From Macrostomum lignano (Eukaryota): a stretch of DNA of 64,000 bases. Positions 45,518 through 57,300 of this stretch are shown piece after piece. The stretch's first letter is position 1; each line of letters opens with the position of its first letter. Both the position numbers and the translations under genes were made by a program. The stretch spans positions 1 through 64,000 of the forward strand of contig NIVC01003714.1 in assembly GCA_002269645.1 (NCBI GenBank), written 5' to 3'. The notes under the pieces were generated by a model. It was not told where the DNA came from and searched no databases. It saw only the letters and a list, made by a program, of their open reading frames with translations.

Positions 45518-48174
45518 ATGCACGAAAAAAACAGTAGGACTGCAGAGCACACTTTGTTCTTGAAAGTGCGAGCCTCAACCCTTCTGCTGGCAGTTCTGTG
45601 CTGCCTCGCCCTGCGCCACTCCATGGCTGCCGAATTCGATCCTCTGGGCTGCTTATTCGACTTCTCGGAAGATGGGAGCCGCGACCTCAATGGCCTGGCG
45701 GGCTGGTCCAACGTCGGGTCCTACCCGGTGGGCGATAAGCACGTAGTCGTCGGCGACTTGACTCTGAAACTGTGCAGCACAATCTTCGGCTACGGCAACT
45801 TCAAGTACTTCGGCGTCCAATTCCACATCGAATGCTATTGCGGCAACTCGTACGGCAGTTTTGGCGCGGCACCCGACGCCGACTGCTACGCCAAATGCGC
45901 TGGCAACCCCGCCCAGATGTGCGGAGGAGCAATGCGGATCTCCGTGTACCGCCAGATCTACCTGCGCTCCGGTGAGGCAACAGCTTGATTCCAGAATTTG
46001 GTGCAGTGCAGCGTTTAGGCCTACCTTGACCGACTATTCAAAAGCATTCGATATTAGTTAATAGAATATTAGAAAATATCTCAGCAAGTTTGATGAAAAT
46101 CGACTTTAGCTGTTTGTCCCTTCAACCAGCAATAAACTTGTGAAACCCTCAGACCAAGACACCCTTCAACCAGCAATAAACTTGTGAAACCCTCAGACCA
46201 AGACACCCTTCAACCAGCAATAAACTTGTGAAACCCTCAGACCAAGACACCCTTCAACCAGCAATAAACTTGTGAAACCCTCAGACCAAGACACCCTTCA
46301 ACCAGCAATAAACTTGTGAAACCCTCAGACCAAGACACCCTTCAACCAGCAATAAACTTGTGAAACCCTCAGACCAAGACACCCTTCAACCAGCAATAAA
46401 CTTGTGAAACCCTCAGACCAAGACACCCTTCAACCAGCAATAAACTTGTGAAACCCTCAGACCAAGACACCCTTCAACCAGCAATAAACTTGTGAAACCC
46501 TCAGACCAAGACACCCTTCAACCAGCAATAAACTTGTGAAACCCTCAGACCAAGACACCCTTCAACCAGCAATATACTTGTGAAACCCTCAGACCAAGAC
46601 ACCCTTCAACCAGCAATAAACTTGTGAAACCCTCAGACCAAGACACCCTTCAACCAGCAATATACTTGTGAAACCCTCAGACCAAGACACCCTTCAACCA
46701 GCAATATACTTGTGAAACCCTCAGACCAAGACACCCTTCAACCAGCAATAAACTTGTGAAACCCTCAGACCAAGACACCCTTCAATCAGCAATAAACTTG
46801 TGAAACCCTCAGACCAAGACACCCTTCAATCAGCAATAAACTTGTGAAACCCTCAGACCAAGACACCCTTCAATCAGCAATAAACTTGTGAAACCCTCAG
46901 ACCAAGACACCCTTCAACCAGCAATAAACTTGTGAAACCCTCAGACCAAGACACCCTTCAACCAGCAATAAACTTGTGAAACCCTCAGACCAAGACACCC
47001 TTCAACCAGCAATAAACTTGTGAAACCCTCAGACCAAGACACCCTTCAATCAGCAATAAACTTGTGAAGCCCTCAGACCAAGACACCCTTCAACCAGCAA
47101 TAAACTTGTGAAACCACCTCAGACCAAGACACCCTTCAACCAGCAATAAACTTGTGAAACCCTCAGACCAAGACACCCTTCAACCAGCAATAAACTTGTG
47201 AAACCCTCAGACCAAGACACCCTTCAACCAGCAATAAACTTGTGAAACCACCTCAGACCAAGACACCCTTCAACCAGCAATAAACTTGTGAAACCCTCAG
47301 ACCAAGACACCCTTCAACCAGCAATAAACTTGTGAAACCCTCAGACCAAGACACCCTTCAATCAGCAATAAACTTGTGAAACCACCTCAGACCAAGGCAC
47401 CCTTCAACCAGCAATAAACTTGTGAAACCCTCAGACCAAGACACCCTTCAACCAGCAATAAACTTGTGAAACCCTCAGACCAAGACACCCTTCAACCAGC
47501 AATAAACTTGTGAAACCCTCAGACCAAGACACCCTTCAACCAGCAATAAACTTGTGAAACCCTCAGACCAAGACACCCTTCAACCAGCAATAAACTTGTG
47601 AAACCCTCAGACCAAGACACCCTTCAATCAGCAATAAACTTGTGAAACCCTCAGACCAAGACACCCTTCAACCAGCAATAAACTTGTGAAACCACCTCAG
47701 ACCAAGACACCCTTCAACCAGCAATAAACTTGTGAAACCCCCAGACCAAGACACCCTTCAACCAGCAATAAACTTGTGAAACCCTCAGACCAAGACACAC
47801 GCTCGCTGCGAATAAACCGCTCCATACTTACACCAGATCAATAACACTGTATGCTTTCTCAGCGACATTGGGCCTGCAATTAGTTTTTATCGTTACTATC
47901 AGCGGAACTTCCAAGATCTCAACCGTGCAAATTTCCCTTGTTCCCGTGCAATGTGTTCACTCGGTCCGAAAAAGTCTACCTGAACGTAACATCCTCTAGT
48001 GGGCCCCTCTACCGGACCGTGCAGCCCGTGACGGACCTGACCGACTGCATACTCAGCTGCGGTGCCGACTGCCAGGCCGTGCTGTTCCACCTGGACGCCT
48101 GCTACCTGCTGAGACTGCCCGTTCTGCCGCACGAGCTACAGGACGTACCTGGGGAATTATTCCTTCGCGTGTGA
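45518..48174 (+). CDS. Secreted WSC-domain protein with a C-terminal PAN/Apple-like module, 2 exons, about 241 aa; start uncertain
   Basis: Exon 1 45518(?)-45971: hydrophobic LLLAVLCCLAL, then WSC motifs LGC..D..RDL, YFGVQF, ECYCGN, DCYAKCAGNPAQMCGGAMRISVY. Exon 2 47903-48174 joins in phase 1: DCILSCGADCQAVLFHLDACYLL. Confidence 0.78.
46122..47798. repeat. 44-bp minisatellite (TGAAACCCTCAGACCAAGACACCCTTCAACCAGCAATAAACTTG), about 38 copies, in the WSC-gene intron
   Basis: Directly visible, highly homogeneous. Confidence 0.96.
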
Positions 48175-48334
48175 GAGACTGCGGCTGCCCACTGGCTGCG
48201 ACAACAGCTGAGTGATTAAAACAAACTCTTGAACGCTTCGCCCCCAATGTCACACCGAGTCTGCGGTTGAGTCTGGCTTCTGCATTATGAACGGCTGATT
48301 TGTAGTAAACTATCCCTAACAAAATAGATCGAAG

Positions 48335-48660
48335 TTTTTAACCAATGTAAGCTCTGACTCAGCAAGCTCTGTCATTGCTAACTGAGCAAGCCTTTAACCC
48401 AATGTAAGCTGTCTCATTGGTGACTCAGCAAGCCTTTAACCCAATGTAAGCTCTGTCCCATTGCTGACTCAACAAGCCTTTAACCCAATGTAAGCTCTGT
48501 CTCATTGGTGACTCAACAAGCCTTTAACCCAATGTAAGCTCTGTCTCATTGGTGACTCAACAAGCCTTTAACCCAATGTAAGCTCTGTCTCATTGCTGGC
48601 TCAGCAAGCCTTTAACCCAATGTAAGCTCTGTCTCATTGCTGGCTCAGCAAGCCTTAATT
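48335..48660. repeat. About 43-bp minisatellite (AGCCTTTAACCCAATGTAAGCTCTGTCTCATTGGTGACTCAAC)
   Basis: About 7 visible units. Confidence 0.88.
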
Positions 48661-49184
48661 GCTGGTCTTGATTCCTGGATCAATTTTAGGATGCAAAGTG
48701 ATTGCACTGCTGCATCGTCCATGCATCCGCACTGCACAAAGTTATGCACTGCAAAAATCAATAACGAAGCAAAAAATCCCGACAATTACAACGCAAAAGT
48801 TTATCGAGATTTTTCTTATCACGCGACACAAATCAAAGCTTGAAAAAATCGTTGCTTATATAAGCGTTGACAAGAGTAGTATATTTTGAATTTTGTTGCG
48901 GAAGTCCCCGCCAGTAAAAAAATTTATAAAAGCGGTGCAAGACAATTACAATGAGACCACATCTGAGCTTCGTAGAGCCTGCAGGTGACAACTTAGAATG
49001 CTGAAGCAGACAAAAAATTGTTTAGACATAATATGAAATATTGCAATCAACAACATAGAATGGATGCAGAGCCTTAATAAACAGTGCAGGCGGACAGGAC
49101 TCTGCGGACATCAATACTGCAGCTACACGACCAGCACTGCTACCATGAAAAAGCTGCCCGAAAACTGCTCGAGTAGTTAAGAAT

Positions 49185-50075
49185 CCCTTCATACTACTTA
49201 CAGTCGGGTAGAATACAATCCCAACATAATACTTACAGTCGAGTAGAATACAATCCCATCATACTACTTACAGTCAGATAGAATACAATCCCATCACACT
49301 ACTTACACTTGAGTAGTATAAAATCCCATCATACTACTTACAGTCAAGTAGAATACAATCCCATCATACTACTTACAGTCAGATAGAATACAATCCCATC
49401 ATACTACTTACAGTCGGGTAACAATCCCATTATACTACTTACAGTTAGGTAGAATACAATCCCAACATAATGCTTACAGTCGAGTAGAATACAATCACAT
49501 CATACTACTTAACATTTAGGTAGAATACAATCCCATCATACTACTTACAGTCGAGTAGAATACAATCACATCATACTACTTACAGTCGAGTAGAATACAA
49601 TCACATCATACTACTTAACATTTAGGTAGAATACAATCCCATCATACTACTTACAGTCGAGTAGAATACAATCCCATCATACTACTTACAGTCGAGTAGA
49701 ATACAATCACATCATACTACTTACAGTCGAGTAGAATACAATCCCATCATACTACTTACAGTCGAGTAGAATACAATCACATCATACTACTTAACATTTA
49801 GGTAGAATACAATCCCATCATACTACTTACAGTCGAGTAGAATACAATCCCATCATACTACTTACAGTCGAGTAGAATACAATCCCATCATACTACTTAC
49901 AGTCGAGTAGAATACAATCCCATCATACTACTTACAGTCGAGTAGAATACAATCACATCATACTACTTAACATTTAGGTAGAATACAATCCCATCATACT
50001 ACTTACAGTCGAGTAGAATACAATCCCATCATACTACTTACAGTCGAGTAGAATACAATCCCATCATACTACTTA
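49185..50075. repeat. 35-bp minisatellite (ATCATACTACTTACAGTCGAGTAGAATACAATCCC), about 25 copies
   Basis: Visible tandem units without unique spacers. Confidence 0.93.
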
Positions 50076-50709
50076 CCGCAGCTGTCAGTAGCATAAAGGG
50101 CGAGCGGCATCGCAATTAAGGGCGCACAAAGCAAACGCAGAGCGAGAATTGCAGGATTCGGGAAACGTGGATAAAATATTCGGCAAGCAGCGAGACTGAC
50201 ATAAACAGAAAAAATGGTTTAAATAATTGCGGGACAGAATATCAGCGGGCAGTGCTACAGATTCTATTCTAAAGCAAAAAATAAAGATGAAAAATCGAAC
50301 AGAATGTCAAAGCTTTCCGGTGCCGAACCTCGTGGACCGGCGTGCGTCCAGATCGATCGGCTGATTGGATAAAGATCAAACAGGTGGCATCAGTCTGACA
50401 GGCTATGATAAAATATCAGCTTCGTATTAATAAGCGCAAGTATAGAATAGACAGCAGGCTGACAAATGCGAGACCAACAACACATTTCTACTGCGGCTTC
50501 GATGCTGAATACAAAAAATACACATTAGCCGGCTGTACAAAATCACAACAGTTACAGAATTAATATGGCATAAAACTAAAATTCCTTAAGCCAAAATTGT
50601 GTGATGAATTATTTGTTACTCCACATTTCATAAAATCTAGAGTGTTAAATTTCGGTTTCAAAATTTTTTTTCTGCTGTCCGCAGTAAAACAGACAGAGTT
50701 TAGTAGACT

Positions 50710-51170
50710 GGCGTGGTCTGGGGTGCGTGTTGAGGTTAGAGTTGGAGGGCTTGGTCTGGGGTGCGTGTTAAGGTTAGAGTTGGAGGGCTTGGTCTGGGGT
50801 GCGTGTTAAGGTTAGAGTTGGAGGGCTTGGTCTGGGGTGCGTGTTAAGGTTAGAGTTGGAGGGCTGGGTCTGGGGTGCGTGTACATTGGGGTTAGAGTTG
50901 GAGGGCTGGGTCTGGGGTGCGTGTACATTGGGGTTAGAGTTGGAGGGCTGGGTCTGGGGTGCGTGTACATTGGGGTTAGAGTTGGAGGGCTGGGTCTGGG
51001 GTGCGTGTACATTGGGGTTAGAGTTGGAGGGCTTGGTCTGGGGTGCGTGTACATTGGGGTTAGAGTTGGAGGGCTTGGTCTGAGGCGTGTGTTCATTGAG
51101 GTTAGAGTTGGAGGGCTTGGGTGCGTGTACATTGGGGTTAGAGTTGGAGGGCTTGGTCTGGGGTTGGAGC
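50710..51170. repeat. 42-bp G-rich minisatellite (GGGGTGCGTGTACATTGGGGTTAGAGTTGGAGGGCTGGGTCT)
   Basis: Visible tandem units downstream of the M13 peptidase stop. Confidence 0.92.
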
Positions 51171-51330
51171 GCTGTTAAGGAGGGTTTCTAGTTTATGTAG
51201 TTCAAATGGTCGATTTTTAAAAAAGTGATTTTTTTGAGAATACTTGTTTTCGGAAAATTGTTTGTTGCAAACAATGGGACAAATATTTGGGTTTCGAGTT
51301 TTAAAATTTGGAACTGGGCAGGTTCAGCCC

Positions 51331-54300
51331 TCACCAGACGGTGCATTTTTTCACCGGGTTCATCCGAGCCCCGGCCGGGCATTTAAAGACGCCACCAAAG
51401 TCGTGGTTGTTGCTGATAGGCCCCCACACCCGCATCTTGCCGGGCGGGTGCGGGTCCACCTTCGCCGACTGGCGCACCGACTCCTTGGTCTCCAGCTCGC
51501 ACCAGGTCTGCGCGGCGATACAAAGGAGAAGTGAGAGATCGATTTAAACTACTGAGAAAAGTAGACAAATAAAGATTTGAAACGTAAAATCTTTCACAAA
51601 GCCCGATTATTCATCGCCATAAAAGAAACACCTGTGCACACTGAGAGAGGACGGCGTGTGGCAATGGCTGGCTGATAAAGACTGCTGAGCAAAGTTCGAC
51701 CCTACTTTGAGTTTGTCACACGAAAAGGCCGCTTTGGGGCTAAGGGATTTTAGAAGTTAGGACAATTCACTACAGGAAGTGAGAATCTTTGGGAAGCGGA
51801 GATCACGGGAATTCTGGGGAATTCGGAAATTCGGAAAGATTCGGAAATTAGGGACTATACTATTTTGGGGATTCGGGAATTGGGGGTTCGGGAATTGGGG
51901 GTTCGGGAATTAGGGATTTGGAAATTGGGGATTCAGGAATTGGGGATTCGGGAATTAAAGATTCGGGAATTGGAGATTAGGGAATTGGGGATTCGGGAAT
52001 TGGAGATTAGGGAATTGGGGATTCGGGAATTGGAGATTAGGGAATTGGGGATTCGGGAATTGGAGATTAGGGAATTGGGGATTCGGGAATTGGAGATTAG
52101 GGAATTGGGGATTCGGGAATTGGAGATTAGGGAATTGGGGATTCGGGAATTGGAGATTAGGGAATTGGGGATTCGGGAATTGGAGATTAGGGAATTGGGG
52201 ATTCGGGAATTGGAGATTAGGGAATTGGGGATTCGGGAATTGGAGATTAGGGAATTGGGGATTCGGGAATTGGAGATTAGGGAATCAGGGATTCGGAAAT
52301 TGGGGAATCGGGAATTGGAGATTAGGGAATTGGGAATTCGGGAATTGGAGATTAGGGAATTGGGGATTCGGGAATTGGAGATTAGGGAATCAGGGATTCG
52401 GAAATTGGGGAATCGGGAATTGGAGATTAGGGAATTGGGGAGCAGGGAGAAACTGAAAAGCACGGCAGCTAAGAGATGTGAAATCTTGGGTGGGATAAAA
52501 TCAAAGCTGGAGGCGGGACCAGCACAGTTGAACAAGGCAGCCTCATTAGGCTTAGAGCAGCGGGCCAGGATTCTCACCTGTGAGTAGGCGATGAATAGCA
52601 GCTGCTCTTTGGTGAATCGCTCGTTGAGGTTGGGCAGCAGGGGCTCCGGCAGCAGGTTTGCCCTGTCCTTGTAGGCCTGCGGAGTATCGAGGATGGGCGG
52701 AAAACTACTTGGGGATTTCGTTAAATTTCGCAAATTTTTTTTCCTTTCGATTACAAAAGCTGAAGGTAACCTCCTAAGGAACCGGCGCCAACACCAAAGT
52801 GCCCTCAGCAACCAATGCGAAACCGCTCACGCCACTCAGGATGCATATTTGCATAGCAACAGTCTCCAACCTGCACTTAATATTCTCTAACTTGCCCTAG
52901 TAACCGTCTCCGACATCTCCTAGAGCCGTCTCTAACATCCCCCCTAGCAACCGTCTCTAACATTGCCATAATCCTAGCAACCGAATTCTCCATGCCCTAG
53001 CAACCAGATCATCCATACCCTAGCAACCGTATCTTCCATACCCTAGCAACCGTATCCTCCATACCCAAGCAACCGTATCCGTAATCCCCCAACAACCGTA
53101 TCCGCAATCGTATAGCAACTTTATTCACAATTCCCTAGCAAACGTATCCACAATTCCCTAGCAACCGTCTCCAATATCCTCCTAGCAACCGTCTCTAACA
53201 TTGCCATAACAACCGTTTTTAATAACTCTAGCAACCGTTATCCACTATGCCCTAGCAACCATATCCTAGCAACCATCATCCGCGCGCAGCTCACCCTGTA
53301 GGCGCTCTTCAGCCCGCCGTTGTCGGCGATGCTCTCGCCCAGCACGAGCTGCCCGGGCACCCGCACGTCGCCGTCAACCACGAAGTCCTCGTACTGCTTG
53401 GCGATGCAGGCGGCCGCTTCCTTGAAGGACTGGGCGGTGCGGTTGCTCCACCACTGCCGCTGGTTGCCGTTTCTGTCGAAGTTCTTGCCGTCGTCGTCGA
53501 AGCCGTGGGTGACCTCGTGGCCGATGACGGCCCCGATGGCGCCGTAGCTGATGTACGGCGGGAACTGCGCCTGGTAGAACGGGCGCTGCAGGATGCCGGC
53601 GGGGAAGGCGATCACGTTTGAGGAGGGCGAGTAGTAGGCGTTGATGGACTGCGGCGTCATTTCGAACTCGACCTTCACGGGTTCGGCCAGTTTGGCGATA
53701 GACTTCACGTGGCCGAGCCGCTGGATCTTCAGCAGGTTGTTGAAATATTCGCCGGATGCGAACCGGAAGCTGCCGAATTCCTCGCGCATTGCCGTCTCGT
53801 TGCCGAAGTAGTCCGGGTAGCCGACCAGGTTGCGGATGCCCACCAGCTTCGCCATCGCCAGCCGCCTGGTGGTCGCGTCCATCCACGCCGCCTCCTGCAG
53901 GCTGCGGTTGAAGGCCGCCTTCACGTCGTTGATCATGGAGTTCACCGCCAGCTTCGACTCGTCGTCGAAGTGCTGATCGACGTACAGCTTGCCGAGCCCG
54001 AAGCCGAACATGCCGCTGACGGAGCGGACGCACAGAGCCCACGGGTTAGGCGAGCCGTGCACGCCATCCGTGATGTGGTGCAGCTTGCGGGGAATGGCAG
54101 CGGCTTCCTTGTTGAGCACAGACAGGAAGATCCACACAGACCGGATGAGCAGGTAGTTGTTCACGGTGCTGAGGTGGCGGTGCATGGGGGTTGCTCAGGT
54201 GTCGCTCAGACCCTGTGGGAGCTGCTCAGACCCAGTGGGAGCTGCTCAGACCCAGTGGGAGCTGCTCAGACCCTGTGGCAGCTGCTCAGACCCTCTGGCA

Positions 54301-57300
54301 GCTGCTTAGACCGTGTGGGAGCTGCTCAGACCCTGTGGCAGCTGCTCAGACCCAGTGGCAGCTGCTCAGACCCTCTGGTAGCTGCTTAGACCGTGTGGGA
54401 GCTGCTCAGACCCAGTGGCAGCTGCTCAGACCCTCTGGCAGCTGCTTAGACCGTGTGGGAGCTGCTCAGACCCAGTGGCAGCTGCTCAGACCGTGTGGAA
54501 GCTGCTCAGCTTCTTTGAAAGCTGCTCAGACCCAGTGGCAGCTGCTCAGACCCAGTGGGAGCTGCTCAGACCCTGTGGGAGCTGCTCAGACCCTGTGGGA
54601 GCTGCTCAGACCCTGTGGGAGCTGCTCAGACCCTGTGGGAGCTGCTCAGACCCTGTGGAAGCTGCTCAGACCCTGTGGCAGCTGCTCAGACCCAGTGGCA
54701 GCTGCTCAGACTCAGTGGGGATCAGAGTCCCAGTCTCAAGACTCACAGCTTCTTTTGCGGATCGGCCGCCAAACGCTGCAGCAGTGGGCAGAGCTGCCGC
54801 AGGTAGTTCTCATCCCGGATGTTTACAGGCGTGTCGGGGGTGATGTGGTAGCTCACGTTGCTGGCATACCTAGCCAGGAAGTCCAACCAATTCACCTAAG
54901 TTAAATTAGAATAAGTTAAATCAAACAGCGGCTGCAGAGACGACTTCAGTAGGATGACGGGAAAATTCATTTCTAAGAAACTACGGAGATTGGAAATTTT
55001 GATTGTTTCTGCTAAGCTGGTTGGAAACTCACGCAGCCCACGTTGTCCATGAGGTAGCGAACTGTGCTCGTGATGATCTTAGTGGAATCTCGGCGCTCCG
55101 ACTCGGGCAGCGAAATCTGCAAAGCGGAGTCGCGGGCGCGGTGTCGAATTTCTAAGAAATGCAGGCCCCAAGGCGAAGTGGCAAAAATTTAGTTTCAAAT
55201 TTCAATCGCCGTTGGCTTGAGGCGGCATCAGCAGATTCTCGGGGACTGTTTGTTTATCGATTCCCGAATGAAACCCGAATCCAGCAGCACTGAGCTGCTG
55301 CAAGGCTCTGCTTTCTAAGACTAAAAGCGAACTGCTGTTGCTAGCATGGTATATAGTATGTAGCATGGTTGCTATGGTATACATGTGGTTGCTATAGTAT
55401 CTATTATGGTTGCTATGGCATGTAGTATGGTTGCTATGGTATGTAGTATGTCATGACGGTTGCTATGACATGTAGTATGTGCTATAGTATGTATTGTGGT
55501 TGCTATGGTAATCTATTATCGTTGCTATGCTATACAGTACGGTTGCTATGGTATATGTTATTGTTGCTATGGTATGTACTATTGTTGCTATGGTGTAAAG
55601 TATGGTTGCTATGGTATACATTAAGGGGGCCGTAGCCCAGCGGTAGCGCAGCTGCTCTGGTGTGCCAGCGACCCAGGCTCGATTCCAAGTGCAGTCACAT
55701 TAATTTGGGGCTGAATTGGAAACTCGGCTTGGCTCTGCTCGTGCAATTAACGGCCTTGAGAGCCAACCCCCCAAGGCGCAGTGAAGTGTACATGCCTAAC
55801 GATAAAATAAAGTTAGAGCCGCTGTACAATCCTGTGTGAGTGTGTGCCTGCGTACGTATCCGCGCGCTTGTATGCCTGCTCAGGGGAGTCGGCGGAATGG
55901 GCAGTAATGCCTCTCGCCGGTTGTGTGACAATGTCGCTTAAAGTGCGCCAGGGTGCACACAACCCCCCTGCCTCTAATAAAAAATAAAAAAATGGTATAC
56001 ATTATGGTTGCTATGGTATATATTATGGTTGCTATGGTATGCATTGTGGTTGCTATGGTGTAAAGTATGGTTGCTATGGTATACAGTACGGTTGCTATGG
56101 TATACAGTACGGTTGCTATGGTATACAGTACGGTTGCTATGGTATATATTATGGTTGCTATGGTATACAGTACGGTTGCTATGGTATACAGTACGGTTGC
56201 TATGGTATATATTATGGTTGCTATGGTATGTATCATGGTTGCCATGGTAACTATTATTTAATTGTCTGTTAAATACACCATTGCTATGGTCATCAAGATC
56301 GTCGTCAATAGGGCACCCGAAAGCACCGCACAAACGAGCAGCACTGTGAGAACAGACACGCGTAGCCTCAGTCTCACCTGGGCAATCTGCTTCTCCAAGT
56401 CGATCAGGTCCGTGACGTTCGACTGCGTCAGGTTGAAGTTGAACAGCTGCGCCACGCTCAGCAGCGCCTCGGACAGAGCGGCCAGATTGGTGGCCGAGCC
56501 GTTGCCAACGTAATTCTCCCGCACGCCCAGGATGGTCCTGGCCTGGCCGAAGCAGAGCACGTGCCGGCTGGAGTTCGAGTTGTCCGGCTCCACGTCCACG
56601 GTGAAGAACGGCAGGCTCTCGGTGTGCGCGAGCAGGAACTGCACCACCTCCGCGATGCCCTTCGTCAGGTTCCAGGCGCTGGCATTGAAGGCCGGTCCGC
56701 CGGCCGGACGGTGGGCAGCCCAGGGACCCAGCGGGGCGATCATGTTGGTCACGGGCTCGACTCCGGAGGCCTCCCGGGCCGAGACGTTCATGCAGGAGGC
56801 GTACAGGCGGCCCGCGTTGGCGTAGAGCTCCGCCGAGAAGGCCGAACGCAGCGATGGTGAGGCGTGCGCAGCCGGGGGAGCCGGCGATTCTGGGAGGGGC
56901 AGTGAGGGAAAAGCTGGAGGTGATCACAAATCCCATGATCACAAATCCCATGATCCTGAATCTCATAGTCCCAAATCTCATGATCCCAAATCCCATGATC
57001 CCAAATCCCATGATCCCAAATCCCATGATCCCAAATCACACCATCACAAATCCTATGATCACAAATCTCATGATCCCAAATCCCATGATCCCAAATCCCA
57101 TGATCCCAAATCACACCATCACAAATCCTATGATCACAAATCTCATGATCACAAATTAGATGATCACAAATTACATGATCCTGAATCTCATGATCCCAAA
57201 TCCCATAATCCCAAATCACATGATCGCGAATCCAAAGATCCCGAATCCCATGATCTGGAATCTCATGATCCCGACCGAATCCAAAGAGTCCGAATCCAAA

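Noticed and set aside
46122-50075. CRISPR-like appearance of the 44-bp and 35-bp arrays
   Set aside because: Units are head-to-tail with no unique spacers, there are no cas genes, and the context is eukaryotic.
55625-55697. Possible tRNA gene
   Set aside because: The acceptor and T stems do not pair well, and it continues into a body, A-tail and TSD, so a SINE head fits better.
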